DNA from: Desulfobacteria bacterium
GTDB lineage: Bacteria; Desulfobacterota; Desulfobacteria; Desulfobacterales; C00003060
Assembly (NCBI GenBank): GCA_030145395.1
Contig: JAQYVR010000119.1
Coordinates: forward strand, 1 to 51,539
Direction: 5' to 3'
Length of the DNA stretch: 51,539 bases
Shown one piece after another: positions 27,381 to 36,328 of this stretch; position 1 is the first letter of the stretch; every line of letters begins with the position of its first letter. Made by a program: the position numbers and the translations under genes. The notes under the pieces are model-generated. The model made no database searches, was not told where the DNA came from, and worked only from the letters and a program-made list of their open reading frames with translations.

Positions 27381-27390
27381 GTCAGACTCT

Positions 27391-27453
27391 TTGCTGGTTA
27401 CTGGTTACTCGTTGTCGGTCAACAGTCAATAGACAATCTTCAATCTGCAATTT
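27391..27453. repeat. 7-nt periodic array (9 units) filling the murF-mraY spacer and overlapping the murF stop
   Basis: TTGCTGG TTACTGG TTACTCG TTGTCGG TCAACAG TCAATAG ACAATCT TCAATCT GCAATTT. The murF TGA is the complement of 27440-27442, which lies inside unit 8. Confidence 0.8.
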
Positions 27454-28846
27454 TCAGTCTTTCAACCACCTTGTCCATGGCCATTAGGCGGGATCCCTTT
27501 ACAAGGACCCAATCTCCGGGTCCCAGTCGATCCTTGAGAACCTTTACGATTTCTTCTCGGGTCCCAGTAAAGATCTTTTTTTGATCCATACCTGCCCCTG
27601 TCGCGCCCTCGGCCACTGTGCCCGCAAAATTACCAGTAGCGTAGAGACCAGACATGCCGGCACGTGCCGCTAGGATTCCAATCTGCTTGTGGGCACTTTC
27701 GGAGTGTTCCCCGAGTTCCAACATGTCTCCAATAACAAAAATGCCCCTCCCGCTACCCTTTAAGGAACCCAATGTCTGAATAGCTACTGCCACAGAGCCA
27801 GGATTGGCGTTATATGTATCATTGACCAGGTGAGTGCCCGCAGGAAGCGTCAAGATTTCCATACGTCCCGGGAGCGGGTCCATGGATTCCAAACCTTGCT
27901 TTACCTCCTCCATTGATAGGCCTACGCGAAGTCCCACTGCTGCTGCTGCCAGGGCGTTGAAGATGGCACCCTCTCCTGGAATCTTCAGGGATACATGTGC
28001 TGACTCGTCATACCAGTTAAGCTCAAAGGAAGAGCCTGTGCGGCTCTGAGACACCGGAGTTCCCGATACCTCTGCCGAACCGTGAATACCGAAAGTCACC
28101 ACACGTCCGCTGAACCCCTTGGCCAGTCTGCAAACTCTCTCGTCGTCAACATTCAGAACAGCGATCCCGTCTTGACCCAGCCCCTCAAGGAGTTCACCTT
28201 TGGCCGCCATGACCCCGTCGATATCTTTCACACCCTCCAGATGACCGGCTTCTATATTGGTAATCACGCCGAGGTCCGGGCCGGCGATCTCGGAAAGTCG
28301 GCGGATTTCACCCGGATGATTCATTGCAAGTTCCAGGACAGCCCACTCATGGCTATCGTTCAATCCAAAGAGAGTGAGGGGCAGTCCGATCAGGTTGTTG
28401 AAGTTGCCGGGCGTTTTCAACACCGAAGTGGTCTGGCCCAGCACCGCCGCCGTCATCTCCTTGGTCGTAGTTTTGCCATTAGTCCCGGTTATGGCTACGA
28501 CTGACACATTGCTATGTCGGCGACGAAAGGCAGCCAGGTCTCCAAGGGCCCTTAGAGTATCCGGCACAGCTATCCAGAATTCGTCTTCCTTGGACACGGG
28601 CGCTTTCTTGCCAACATAGTCCTGGTCTACCAGAACACCGTGGGCCCCTCTATCAAAGGCATTCTGCAAGAAGTCGTGCCCATCGTGGTTTGGCCCTGTA
28701 ATAGCTACAAAGAGATCGCCGACCTTGGTGGTTCGGGAATCAGTGGAAATAGTCTGAAATCGAGCCGCCTCATTCCCAAGCATTAGGCGTCCGTCTGTTG
28801 CCTGCAAGACATCTGAAACAGTCCAGGGTTTTGAGTTGTCAGTCAT
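27440..28846 (-). CDS. murF: UDP-N-acetylmuramoyl-tripeptide--D-alanyl-D-alanine ligase
   Basis: The Mur ligase P-loop GTNGKTTTKEM and the NDTYNANP motif are present, and the gene occupies the conserved dcw position. Confidence 0.93.
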   Translation of the reverse strand: MTDNSKPWTVSDVLQATDGRLMLGNEAARFQTISTDSRTTKVGDLFVAITGPNHDGHDFLQNAFDRGAHGVLVDQDYVGKKAPVSKEDEFWIAVPDTLRALGDLAAFRRRHSNVSVVAITGTNGKTTTKEMTAAVLGQTTSVLKTPGNFNNLIGLPLTLFGLNDSHEWAVLELAMNHPGEIRRLSEIAGPDLGVITNIEAGHLEGVKDIDGVMAAKGELLEGLGQDGIAVLNVDDERVCRLAKGFSGRVVTFGIHGSAEVSGTPVSQSRTGSSFELNWYDESAHVSLKIPGEGAIFNALAAAAVGLRVGLSMEEVKQGLESMDPLPGRMEILTLPAGTHLVNDTYNANPGSVAVAIQTLGSLKGSGRGIFVIGDMLELGEHSESAHKQIGILAARAGMSGLYATGNFAGTVAEGATGAGMDQKKIFTGTREEIVKVLKDRLGPGDWVLVKGSRLMAMDKVVERLKIAD

Positions 28847-29042
28847 CAGCGAAACTGTGCTAAAGTGATCTAAACCTCAAATTCTCAAATCCGCATTGCG
28901 CCTGTCGGCTCAAAAACATTCTCTCAATCGACAATCGTCCATCACTCCTCGGCCCTGCTCTATGCCCTGTGCGCTTTGCTCTTTCCCTTACGCCGTAAGC
29001 CATACGCCTTTCTCTTATGTCTTTGAGCTTTCAACTCTGTTG

Positions 29043-29077
29043 CCTACTCCCTACTGCCTACTGCTTACTGCCTACTG
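29043..29077. repeat. tandem heptamer (CCTACTG)x5 overlapping the murE stop codon
   Basis: CCTACTC CCTACTG CCTACTG CTTACTG CCTACTG. On the coding strand this reads CAGTAGG/CAGTAAG, placing TAG/TAA in all three frames within three consecutive units. The murE TAG is the complement of 29058-29060. Confidence 0.9.
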
Positions 29078-30596
29078 CATAGAGTTGCTTTAGTACTTGC
29101 CTAGCCTCTGCCCTGTCATCAAAAGGCGCAGTTGTCTCACCTGTGATCTGATAGGTTTCGTGCCCCTTGCCGGCAATAATCACGGTGTCTCCGGACTTGG
29201 CCGCGCCAAGCCCCAACGCAATGGCCTTCCTCCGATCTGGTTCAACAACATAGCCTGGGGCCTCAAATCCCTTTGCCAATTCATGAGATTCGTATTGGTG
29301 ACTCTGAATAGCGGCAATCCCCTGGACAATATCCGCCAGTATCGCCTCTGGTGCTTCAGTGCGCGGGTTGTCAGAAGTCAATACCACAAGATCACTGAGT
29401 CGGCCCGCGGCAGCGCCCATCATGGGGCGTTTGTATCTATCCCGATCCCCGCCACAACCGAATATGGTGATCGTTCGGCCGGCTGTGAGCGCTCTCATAA
29501 CAGTCAATACGTTTTCCAAGGCGTCCGGCGTATGGGCATAGTCTACAAAGACTGAAAGTCCTAATTCGTTGGCCACGCACTCAAGCCGGCCTGGCACCCC
29601 CCGGAGTTCGGCTATTCCTTTCTGAATCGTCTCCAAGGGTAAACCAAGTGCTATTGCAACACCTGTCGCAGATAGAATGTTGTATACGTTGTGCTTTCCA
29701 ACGAGAGAAGAAGTGAAATCAAATTCGCCTTCTGGAGTCCTTACCCTGCCTGAAACAGCTTCTTTGGTGAGACGTATATCTTTGGCAAAGATTTCGCAAT
29801 CGTCTGAAAACCCTGTACGCATGCAAGGTACCGACACGTCTGCACATAGCCCCTTTCCCTTGGGGTCATCCCAGTTAATGACTGCAGTGGCCCCTTCCTG
29901 CTTTGATCCGACCCCCAGTCGCCCTATGCAAAGCTCCCGTTTACATTGCCAGTAGGTATCCATGTCGTGGTGATAGTCCAGGTGGTCTCTTGACAGATTG
30001 GTGAAAACCCCCACATCAAAATCGCAGCAGGCTACCCGATGGAGATCAAGCGCGTGGGACGAAACTTCAAGTACCACGTGAGTAACCTCGCTGTCGGCCA
30101 TGCTGCGCAAAAGCCGCATTAGATCAAGGGACTCGGGTGTGGTAACTGGACTGGCAAAGCTTTGCCCTCCAAATCGGTAATCAATGGTACCAATGACGCC
30201 GACTTTCAGGGCTGCGGCAGTCAAGATAGACTCCATCAAATAGGCTGTGGTTGTCTTACCGTTTGTGCCGGTAATACCGATCATGAAGAGCTCTCGGCAT
30301 GGATCCCCATAGAATGCTGACGAAACTGCAGCCAGGGCCAGTCGGGCATTGTCGACTTGAACCACACTAATTGATGGCCGTCCAGGCCATTCCTTTTCTG
30401 CCAGAACAGCAATGGCTCCATTTTCAATTGCTTCTTCAATATAGGTATATCCATCCGAGCGATGGCCCTGGATCGCCACAAATAATCCTCCAGGCGTCAC
30501 AGTGCGCGAATCATAGTGAACAGAGTCGATAATCCGGCCTTCCTGTCCTGCAAAACGCAGAACCGGTAAAGACTCCAAGAGAAGGCCCAGTTTCAC
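29058..30596 (-). CDS. murE: UDP-N-acetylmuramoyl-L-alanyl-D-glutamate--2,6-diaminopimelate ligase
   Basis: It has the P-loop GTNGKTTT, YAHTPDALE and a DNPR motif (TSDNPRTE) consistent with meso-DAP-adding MurE enzymes. It overlaps ftsI by 4 nt. Confidence 0.95.
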   Translation of the reverse strand: MKLGLLLESLPVLRFAGQEGRIIDSVHYDSRTVTPGGLFVAIQGHRSDGYTYIEEAIENGAIAVLAEKEWPGRPSISVVQVDNARLALAAVSSAFYGDPCRELFMIGITGTNGKTTTAYLMESILTAAALKVGVIGTIDYRFGGQSFASPVTTPESLDLMRLLRSMADSEVTHVVLEVSSHALDLHRVACCDFDVGVFTNLSRDHLDYHHDMDTYWQCKRELCIGRLGVGSKQEGATAVINWDDPKGKGLCADVSVPCMRTGFSDDCEIFAKDIRLTKEAVSGRVRTPEGEFDFTSSLVGKHNVYNILSATGVAIALGLPLETIQKGIAELRGVPGRLECVANELGLSVFVDYAHTPDALENVLTVMRALTAGRTITIFGCGGDRDRYKRPMMGAAAGRLSDLVVLTSDNPRTEAPEAILADIVQGIAAIQSHQYESHELAKGFEAPGYVVEPDRRKAIALGLGAAKSGDTVIIAGKGHETYQITGETTAPFDDRAEARQVLKQLYAVGSKQ

Positions 30597-32410
30597 CCCA
30601 TTTTCGGCTCCTCATTTGAAACTCTGAGAGGCTCTTCCGGACCCCGACGGATATCCTTTTGAGGGCTATTGAAGTGAGGGTCCGCATGCTCCGGGGTGAC
30701 CACTTCCGGAGGCACCTTCAAGTACCTGAGCGTTTCACGGACGATGCGTCTGAACACAGGGGCGGAAACCACACCCCCATAATGCTCTTCTTGAGGCTCG
30801 TCAATGGCCACGAGCACAACAATCTCCGGGTTTTCAGCAGGCGCGAATCCCACGAATGAGGCAACATATTTCCCCGCCGCATACCCCCCTGCCGCCGGAT
30901 CTGCCTTCTGGGCCGTTCCCGTCTTGCCGGCAACGTGGTAGCCTCTCACAGCCGCTTTGACACCCGTGCCATCCTCTTCTTCCACGGTTCTCATCATCAT
31001 GCGGGTCAGACGACGGGCATTTTCGCGTGAAATGACCCTTCGTAGAAGAGTGGGTTCAAAACTCTTGATTGTATGGCCCTGTATGTCAGCTATCTTCTGC
31101 ACCAAATACGGCTTCATCATCAGCCCGCCATTGGCTACGGTAGATACTGCAACACCCAGCTGCAACGCTGAAAGAGAGACCCCCTGTCCAAAACAGATCG
31201 TCGCGGCATCAATCTCTGTCCAGCTTCCGACAGGCAGTAAGCTGCCCGGGGTCTCCCCAGGACAGTCGATACCAGATTTTTCTCCAAGACCGAATTCCTC
31301 GAGTTTATGATGGAGGTATGCAGGTCCGACCTTCTTGCCTACCTTGGCGGCCCCTATGTTGCTCGAGTATTTCACAATATCCCGAAGCGAAAGTGTCTCG
31401 TGGGGATGAGTATCGTGCACCACATTCCTGCCGACTCGATAGGCCCCCTCCTCGCAATAGAACTCTGAATCAGGTGTGCACATCCCCGATTCAAGCGCTG
31501 CGGCCACAAGCAATATCTTGAACGTGGAACCCGGCTCAAACGAGTCCGTGAGCGCACGGTTTCGCCACAGCCATCGTTCATACTGGCCAAAAGCATTTGG
31601 GTTAAACCGAGGCACATGGGCAACTGCCAGGATGGCCCCAGTGCTGGGAACTATGACTAGTGCTATGCCGGACCTGGCCCTAGACTTCCTTACTCCTTCA
31701 GAAAGGGCCTCTTCGGCAATATATTGAATGTTCTTATCAAGATTCAGAATTAAGTTATAACCGGGCTTCCCTTCAGAAGAAGATTCCCCGGCAAAAGACC
31801 GGCCAAGGGCGTCTTTTATAATCGTCCCGGAACTCTCACGGCCTTTCAGGTAGGCGTCATAGCGGAATTCCAGTCCCTCCAAACCGTTTCCATCAGTCCC
31901 GCAAAACCCTATTACCTGCGCAGCCAGGCTCTTGAGAGGATAGAATCGGCGGCTCTCGGTCCGAAAGCCGATTCCGTCCAGCTTCAACGCTCTGACCGCC
32001 GAGACCTTCGCAGGGTTTACCTGCCTCTTGACGTAGACAAAGCTCCTGCCCGAACGTAGCTTCTTTGACAGAGACGCTTGCTTCAAGTTTAAGGCCCGAG
32101 CGAGGGGCCTGGCTATCTGTTTTGGAGATGAGATCTTAGTCGGATCAGCACAGATGGATTCCACATCGAGGCTAAGAGCCAGTTCTGTGTGATTCCGGTC
32201 ATAGATCGTTCCCCTTTTTGATGTATTGCAAAAGGCCTTTGTGTATCGATCTTCAGCCTTGGACTGAAGCTGCCTTCCCTCAACCACCTGCAATTGAAAC
32301 GCGCGGGCCACCACAAGGGCAAAACAGACCCCCAAAACAGCCCCCACGATGATAATCCGAAACCGAACCCATTTTAATGGATTCGGTTTCTTTGATCTGC
32401 CGATCCTCAT
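30593..32410 (-). CDS. ftsI: class B penicillin-binding protein / peptidoglycan D,D-transpeptidase FtsI
   Basis: It has an N-terminal TM anchor, the active-site STFK (GSTFKIL), SSN (YSSNIGA) and KTG (AGKTGTA). Confidence 0.9.
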   Translation of the reverse strand: MRIGRSKKPNPLKWVRFRIIIVGAVLGVCFALVVARAFQLQVVEGRQLQSKAEDRYTKAFCNTSKRGTIYDRNHTELALSLDVESICADPTKISSPKQIARPLARALNLKQASLSKKLRSGRSFVYVKRQVNPAKVSAVRALKLDGIGFRTESRRFYPLKSLAAQVIGFCGTDGNGLEGLEFRYDAYLKGRESSGTIIKDALGRSFAGESSSEGKPGYNLILNLDKNIQYIAEEALSEGVRKSRARSGIALVIVPSTGAILAVAHVPRFNPNAFGQYERWLWRNRALTDSFEPGSTFKILLVAAALESGMCTPDSEFYCEEGAYRVGRNVVHDTHPHETLSLRDIVKYSSNIGAAKVGKKVGPAYLHHKLEEFGLGEKSGIDCPGETPGSLLPVGSWTEIDAATICFGQGVSLSALQLGVAVSTVANGGLMMKPYLVQKIADIQGHTIKSFEPTLLRRVISRENARRLTRMMMRTVEEEDGTGVKAAVRGYHVAGKTGTAQKADPAAGGYAAGKYVASFVGFAPAENPEIVVLVAIDEPQEEHYGGVVSAPVFRRIVRETLRYLKVPPEVVTPEHADPHFNSPQKDIRRGPEEPLRVSNEEPKMG

Positions 32411-32697
32411 GGGATTACCCTAACCTGTTTTGAATCAGGCATCACCAGCCCTCGTTGCTGCGCTATGCGCATGATGCGCTCAGGGGATCTCAGACTGGCT
32501 TCCTCAACCTTTAATCTCCTGTAAAGTTCCGCTAAGCGCTGATGCTCCTTGGTGGCTTCAGTAATCTCATATCCGATGCGCACATACTGTACTCTGCACC
32601 AGGTATAGACTAAGAGTTCTGCCATAAGGACCACCATGAGCGCGATCCCTATCGCCACCATTGGATGGCGCCACGTGGAAACCTTCCCTATTTTCAT
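32407..32697 (-). CDS. ftsL: cell division protein FtsL
   Basis: 96 aa starting at MKIGKVS, with a single TM helix followed by a coiled-coil-like region. ATGA overlaps occur with both rsmH (32694) and ftsI (32410). The longer ORF-track form, which begins at 32931, overlaps rsmH. Confidence 0.6.
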   Translation of the reverse strand: MKIGKVSTWRHPMVAIGIALMVVLMAELLVYTWCRVQYVRIGYEITEATKEHQRLAELYRRLKVEEASLRSPERIMRIAQQRGLVMPDSKQVRVIP

Positions 32698-33644
32698 GCT
32701 TCCTCCTCTGTCAGGCGTTCTGCGGCCCTTAACTTGGCGCTTCGAGCCATGGGATTTCTCATAATCTCTTCCGGACCGGGTCGCACGGGCCGCTTTGTTA
32801 GGATAGACACCTGGGGTGTTTTTTGGCACACACACTTCGGAAATCGAGGCGGGCAGATGCACTCCTTGGCAAGGGTTTTGAAACGCTCTTTGACAATACG
32901 GTCTTCCAGGGAATGGAACGACATGACGCAAAGCCGTCCCCCTGGATTCAGAAGATCAACTGCCTTATCCAAGAATTCTTCCAAGGCCTCCAGTTCCTGG
33001 TTCACTGCTATCCTTAAGGCTTGAAATGTCCGCGTGGCCGGATGGCTTCGCCCCCGCCTATACCGGACTGGAACAGCCTTCCTGACAATATCTGCAAGTT
33101 GCAGGCTCGACATGATCGCTTGCTGACGACGGCTCTCTACAATGCGTTTTGCAATACGAACGGCCTTGGGCTCCTCTCCATAGCGATATAGAAGGTCTGC
33201 GAGGTCTTTTTCCGATAGCCTGTTTACCAGTGCTCCAGCCGTATGACCTTGCGTCGGGTTCATACGCATGTCCAAAGGCTCGTCCCGCATGAAGCTGAAA
33301 CCACGGCCACTCCCTTCCAGGTGGTAGAGGGAAAGCCCCAAATCGAGCAAAATCCCATCGACGTTGGTAAGGCGTAATCGCGAAAGAATTTGTGGGAGAT
33401 GAGTGAAGTCTTCGTGAAAGATTTGAAGGTTTGGTTGAAATGAATGGAGGGATTGCCCGGCATGGGCAATCGAATCCGGGTCTCGATCGATCCCGAGCAG
33501 CAAGCCGTCCGGACCGATGGCCTCCAAAATCGCCTTGGCATGGCCACCCCCCCCTAAGGTACCATCCACATATGTCTTGCCGGGTGAGCAGTTTAGATAG
33601 CCAAGAACCTCATTGACCATAACCGGGACATGGCGATATTGCAT
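32694..33644 (-). CDS. rsmH: 16S rRNA (cytosine1402-N4)-methyltransferase
   Basis: HVPVMVNEVL, DGTLGGGGHA, the DLG.S..Q-type motif and SFHSLEDR are present, and the gene is next to mraZ. Confidence 0.95.
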   Translation of the reverse strand: MQYRHVPVMVNEVLGYLNCSPGKTYVDGTLGGGGHAKAILEAIGPDGLLLGIDRDPDSIAHAGQSLHSFQPNLQIFHEDFTHLPQILSRLRLTNVDGILLDLGLSLYHLEGSGRGFSFMRDEPLDMRMNPTQGHTAGALVNRLSEKDLADLLYRYGEEPKAVRIAKRIVESRRQQAIMSSLQLADIVRKAVPVRYRRGRSHPATRTFQALRIAVNQELEALEEFLDKAVDLLNPGGRLCVMSFHSLEDRIVKERFKTLAKECICPPRFPKCVCQKTPQVSILTKRPVRPGPEEIMRNPMARSAKLRAAERLTEEEA

Positions 33645-33656
33645 GGCCCACTCACC

Positions 33657-34103
33657 CTAAAGCCCCAGTTCAGCGACCTCGTTTCTAAGATCCTCAGTCT
33701 TCAGATCATTCTGAAGTTTCTTGTCCTCCTGGGTCCAGCTTTCCTTGGCCCAGACCTCAAAATGATCCAACACTCCTATGAGTACAGCCTCCTTCTTCAG
33801 ACCAGCACGCGTCCGGAGGCTTGGTGGAATCAGAATTCTTCCCTGCTTGTCGAGCAGACATTCATGGGCACCGCCTATAAAGATGCGTCTGAAACGCCTC
33901 ATGTGTTCGCTCTTCACGGCGAGGTCGAGAATTCGCCGTTCTATCTTGCGCCATTCTTCAAAAGTATAACAAGACAAGGCGCCATCCATAGTTGAGATCA
34001 TGAGCCCGTCCACACTGCTCTGCCTGAGCGCATCTCGAAAACGGGCCGGTATAATCAATCGACCTTTTGGATCTATGTTATGGAATGAACTTCCCCGAAA
34101 CAT
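33657..34103 (-). CDS. mraZ: transcriptional regulator MraZ
   Basis: It has the MFRG start, D.KGR..IP in the first repeat and D.QGR..IP in the second. 148 aa, first gene of the dcw cluster. Confidence 0.95.
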   Translation of the reverse strand: MFRGSSFHNIDPKGRLIIPARFRDALRQSSVDGLMISTMDGALSCYTFEEWRKIERRILDLAVKSEHMRRFRRIFIGGAHECLLDKQGRILIPPSLRTRAGLKKEAVLIGVLDHFEVWAKESWTQEDKKLQNDLKTEDLRNEVAELGL

Positions 34104-34129
34104 TTCTTGATCCTAACCGCCTTTTTCCA

Positions 34130-34181
34130 TCCACTTTAAACCACTATTTGGCTTAATATAGATACCAGGTGGCAATGTCAA
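34130..34181 (-). promoter_or_regulatory. Pmra-like promoter plus GTGG[TA] direct repeats (candidate MraZ boxes)
   Basis: On the minus strand, TTGACA (34181-34176), a 17-nt spacer, then TATTAA (34158-34153). These are followed by GTGGT (34144-34140) and GTGGA (34134-30) spaced exactly 10 nt apart, and a degenerate GGCGG (34121-17). mraZ starts at 34103. Confidence 0.55.
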
Positions 34182-34373
34182 GAAAAAAATGCAGGCGAGA
34201 TGATTATTTTATTAATAATTCATGGGATTTAAAATTTATCAGAATGGAGAGCCATGGGTGGTTTTTTGTGGATGATTTTTGGCGTGCAGCATATAGCGGT
34301 ATTGCTGGTAGAAGCATACAATATGAGCCGCGCTTCACTCTGTTGAAGCCAAAGACAAGAATCTGCTGACCGC

Positions 34374-35402
34374 CTAAGGTACGCGGGGCTGGTATTGTCT
34401 CACCATCTGGTTGTGTTCACTCAGGGTGCGGGAAAAGTGGTGGGAGCCGTTATTCTTCGATACAAAGTAGAGGAAGGGTCCTTCGGATGGATAAAGCACG
34501 GCCCCAATGGACGCCCGCCCAGGATTGGCGATGGGTCCCGGTGGTAGGCCCTTTATCTGGTAGGTGTTATAGGGAGTCGGAGTTTTAAGGTCTTTTCGAG
34601 TAAGGTTTCCATTAAAGTCTTTCATCCCATAGATGACAGTAGGATCGCTCTCAAGACGCATGCCCCGTTTGAGCCGATTCAGAAACACAGCTGCAATTAG
34701 TGGCCGCTCTTGAGGTGCTGCCGTCTCTTTTTCAACAATAGAGGCAAGGGTTACCACTTCATGGGTGGTAAGGCCTATGGCTTCCGCCCGCTCGATCCAA
34801 GTGGGTGTGAAAACCGAGCGAAAATGGTCAACCATCTTATCTATGACTTCCCGAGGAGTAACTCCCTTGGGAAAATGATACGTCTCTGGAAAAAGATATC
34901 CTTCAAAAGTATTTCCCTTTAGGCCAAGGTCCTCTACCAGGCGCGGGTCCTCGGCTGCATACAGAAATGCTTCCTGTGACATAAGTCCAGCTCTTTCCAG
35001 GGTCCTGCCTATGTGAAAGAGAGTGGACCCCTCCGGAATAACGACTTTATGCAGGAGGACCTCACCGCTGACCAAAGTATCCAGGATTGCATTCGGCGAC
35101 ATGGAAGGACGAAGAACGTATTCCCCGGCTCGAATATGCCTGTCATCTCCCCTCAGCCTGGCAAGCCAGCGAAACTTTTGCGGGTGCCGTACTAGGCCGC
35201 GTTCTTGAAGTTGGGCAACTGTTCCCGAGAAGCTCTGGCCAGATCTTATCCACACAACAGCACTCGTTTCGCTGGTCTGTCTGGGCGACACTGCGTATCG
35301 ATAAAAGTACAGCCCCAGACCTCCAGCAATAAAGCAAACGCAGGATATCGCCAGGCCTATGATCGTTGTTGATTTCACGCGTATGCCCATCTTTATGAAC
35401 AT
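34374..35402 (-). CDS. mltG: endolytic murein transglycosylase MltG (YceG family)
   Basis: A TM anchor is followed by a YceG domain with the catalytic-region motif FEGYLFPETYHF. The start is uncertain; the ORF is open to 35540, and Met at 35402 precedes the TM helix. Confidence 0.85.
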   Translation of the reverse strand: MFIKMGIRVKSTTIIGLAISCVCFIAGGLGLYFYRYAVSPRQTSETSAVVWIRSGQSFSGTVAQLQERGLVRHPQKFRWLARLRGDDRHIRAGEYVLRPSMSPNAILDTLVSGEVLLHKVVIPEGSTLFHIGRTLERAGLMSQEAFLYAAEDPRLVEDLGLKGNTFEGYLFPETYHFPKGVTPREVIDKMVDHFRSVFTPTWIERAEAIGLTTHEVVTLASIVEKETAAPQERPLIAAVFLNRLKRGMRLESDPTVIYGMKDFNGNLTRKDLKTPTPYNTYQIKGLPPGPIANPGRASIGAVLYPSEGPFLYFVSKNNGSHHFSRTLSEHNQMVRQYQPRVP

Positions 35403-35691
35403 ATGTGAAGCATACACCTTGGTCAAGGCATAAACGCCTGTCCCAAGAGACCCCAAAGTCGGCATTCGTCTTCTCTTGTGGCGAGTCCGCGCCCACAACA
35501 AATTAAGCTTGAATAGACTTTGCTGCAATCCCAATAGCATTGGAAGGGAGTATCTGTGACGTAAGCAGTGACATCCCCTCCATTGGCCGCCCGCGACGGG
35601 CTCACTTCGGTCTTAGCCTTGAACACGAGCTCAGTCCGAGTGGCTCAGGGTTGAAGGCAGCCGTGTTGGATGGGACTCTGGGGAGTGGATA

Positions 35692-36159
35692 CTAAGGCAT
35701 GAGGTAGAACCCTAAGGCCTTATCAAATTTCGAGGGGTCCGTAAATTCACACCCGACATACTTGTCCTCGATCACTCTCACGACGACGTCTTTTTCTATC
35801 TTTGACTGTTTCGCATCGTCGAGTGTGAATGTCACCCGGACTTCTGAACTCTTCATGAGATTGTGCGGGGCAAAAGTAGCAAATCCGATCCCGGTCTGGG
35901 AGATATTCTTGACCAGCATACCGTGCGACTCTTTACACGCGGGAAGCCTGCTGTAATACCCTTTCAGGTTTGTCTTTTTGCGGTGGGCCCTTCTGAATTC
36001 AAAGGAAACAGAAAAAGTCGACTGGCACTTGCACCTTATCTTTAACGAATCCCTGCGGGCCTTGAACTTCGCGACACTGATATTCTTTGACAATCCGCAG
36101 TTCGGGCATACAAGGACCGCTGTATCGTCTTGATTCACATAGACCTTTTGTGTTTCCAC
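35692..36159 (-). CDS. zinc-ribbon + PilZ domain protein (putative c-di-GMP receptor)
   Basis: The N-terminus has CPNCG...CKC. The PilZ motifs are RRAHR (RxxxR) and NISQTG ((D/N)xSxxG), about 30 aa apart. The start codon is GTG. Confidence 0.8.
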   Translation of the reverse strand: METQKVYVNQDDTAVLVCPNCGLSKNISVAKFKARRDSLKIRCKCQSTFSVSFEFRRAHRKKTNLKGYYSRLPACKESHGMLVKNISQTGIGFATFAPHNLMKSSEVRVTFTLDDAKQSKIEKDVVVRVIEDKYVGCEFTDPSKFDKALGFYLMP

Positions 36160-36189
36160 CGGAGGTATTCCCTCTCAAACCTATCTAGT

Positions 36190-36328
36190 TTCCATCCATA
36201 AATGGCCCTTTTCCCGATGAGCGGCGTTCTCCGCGGGTTTCCGTCTGCGAAGTACGATCTGTACGCCTCGACGAAAACCCTTGTGCGGCCTTGCTCATCA
36301 GAAAAATTCCTCGTTTATGAATTGGAAA
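36190..36328 (+). repeat. structured intergenic element, family copy D
   Basis: The outer inverted repeats are TTTCCATCCATAAATGG with CGTTTATGAATTGGAAA, and TTTTCCCGATGAGC with GCTCATCAGAAAAA. The core reads GAGCGGCGTTCTC...GTACGCCTCG...GTGCGGCCTTGCTC. Confidence 0.75.
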
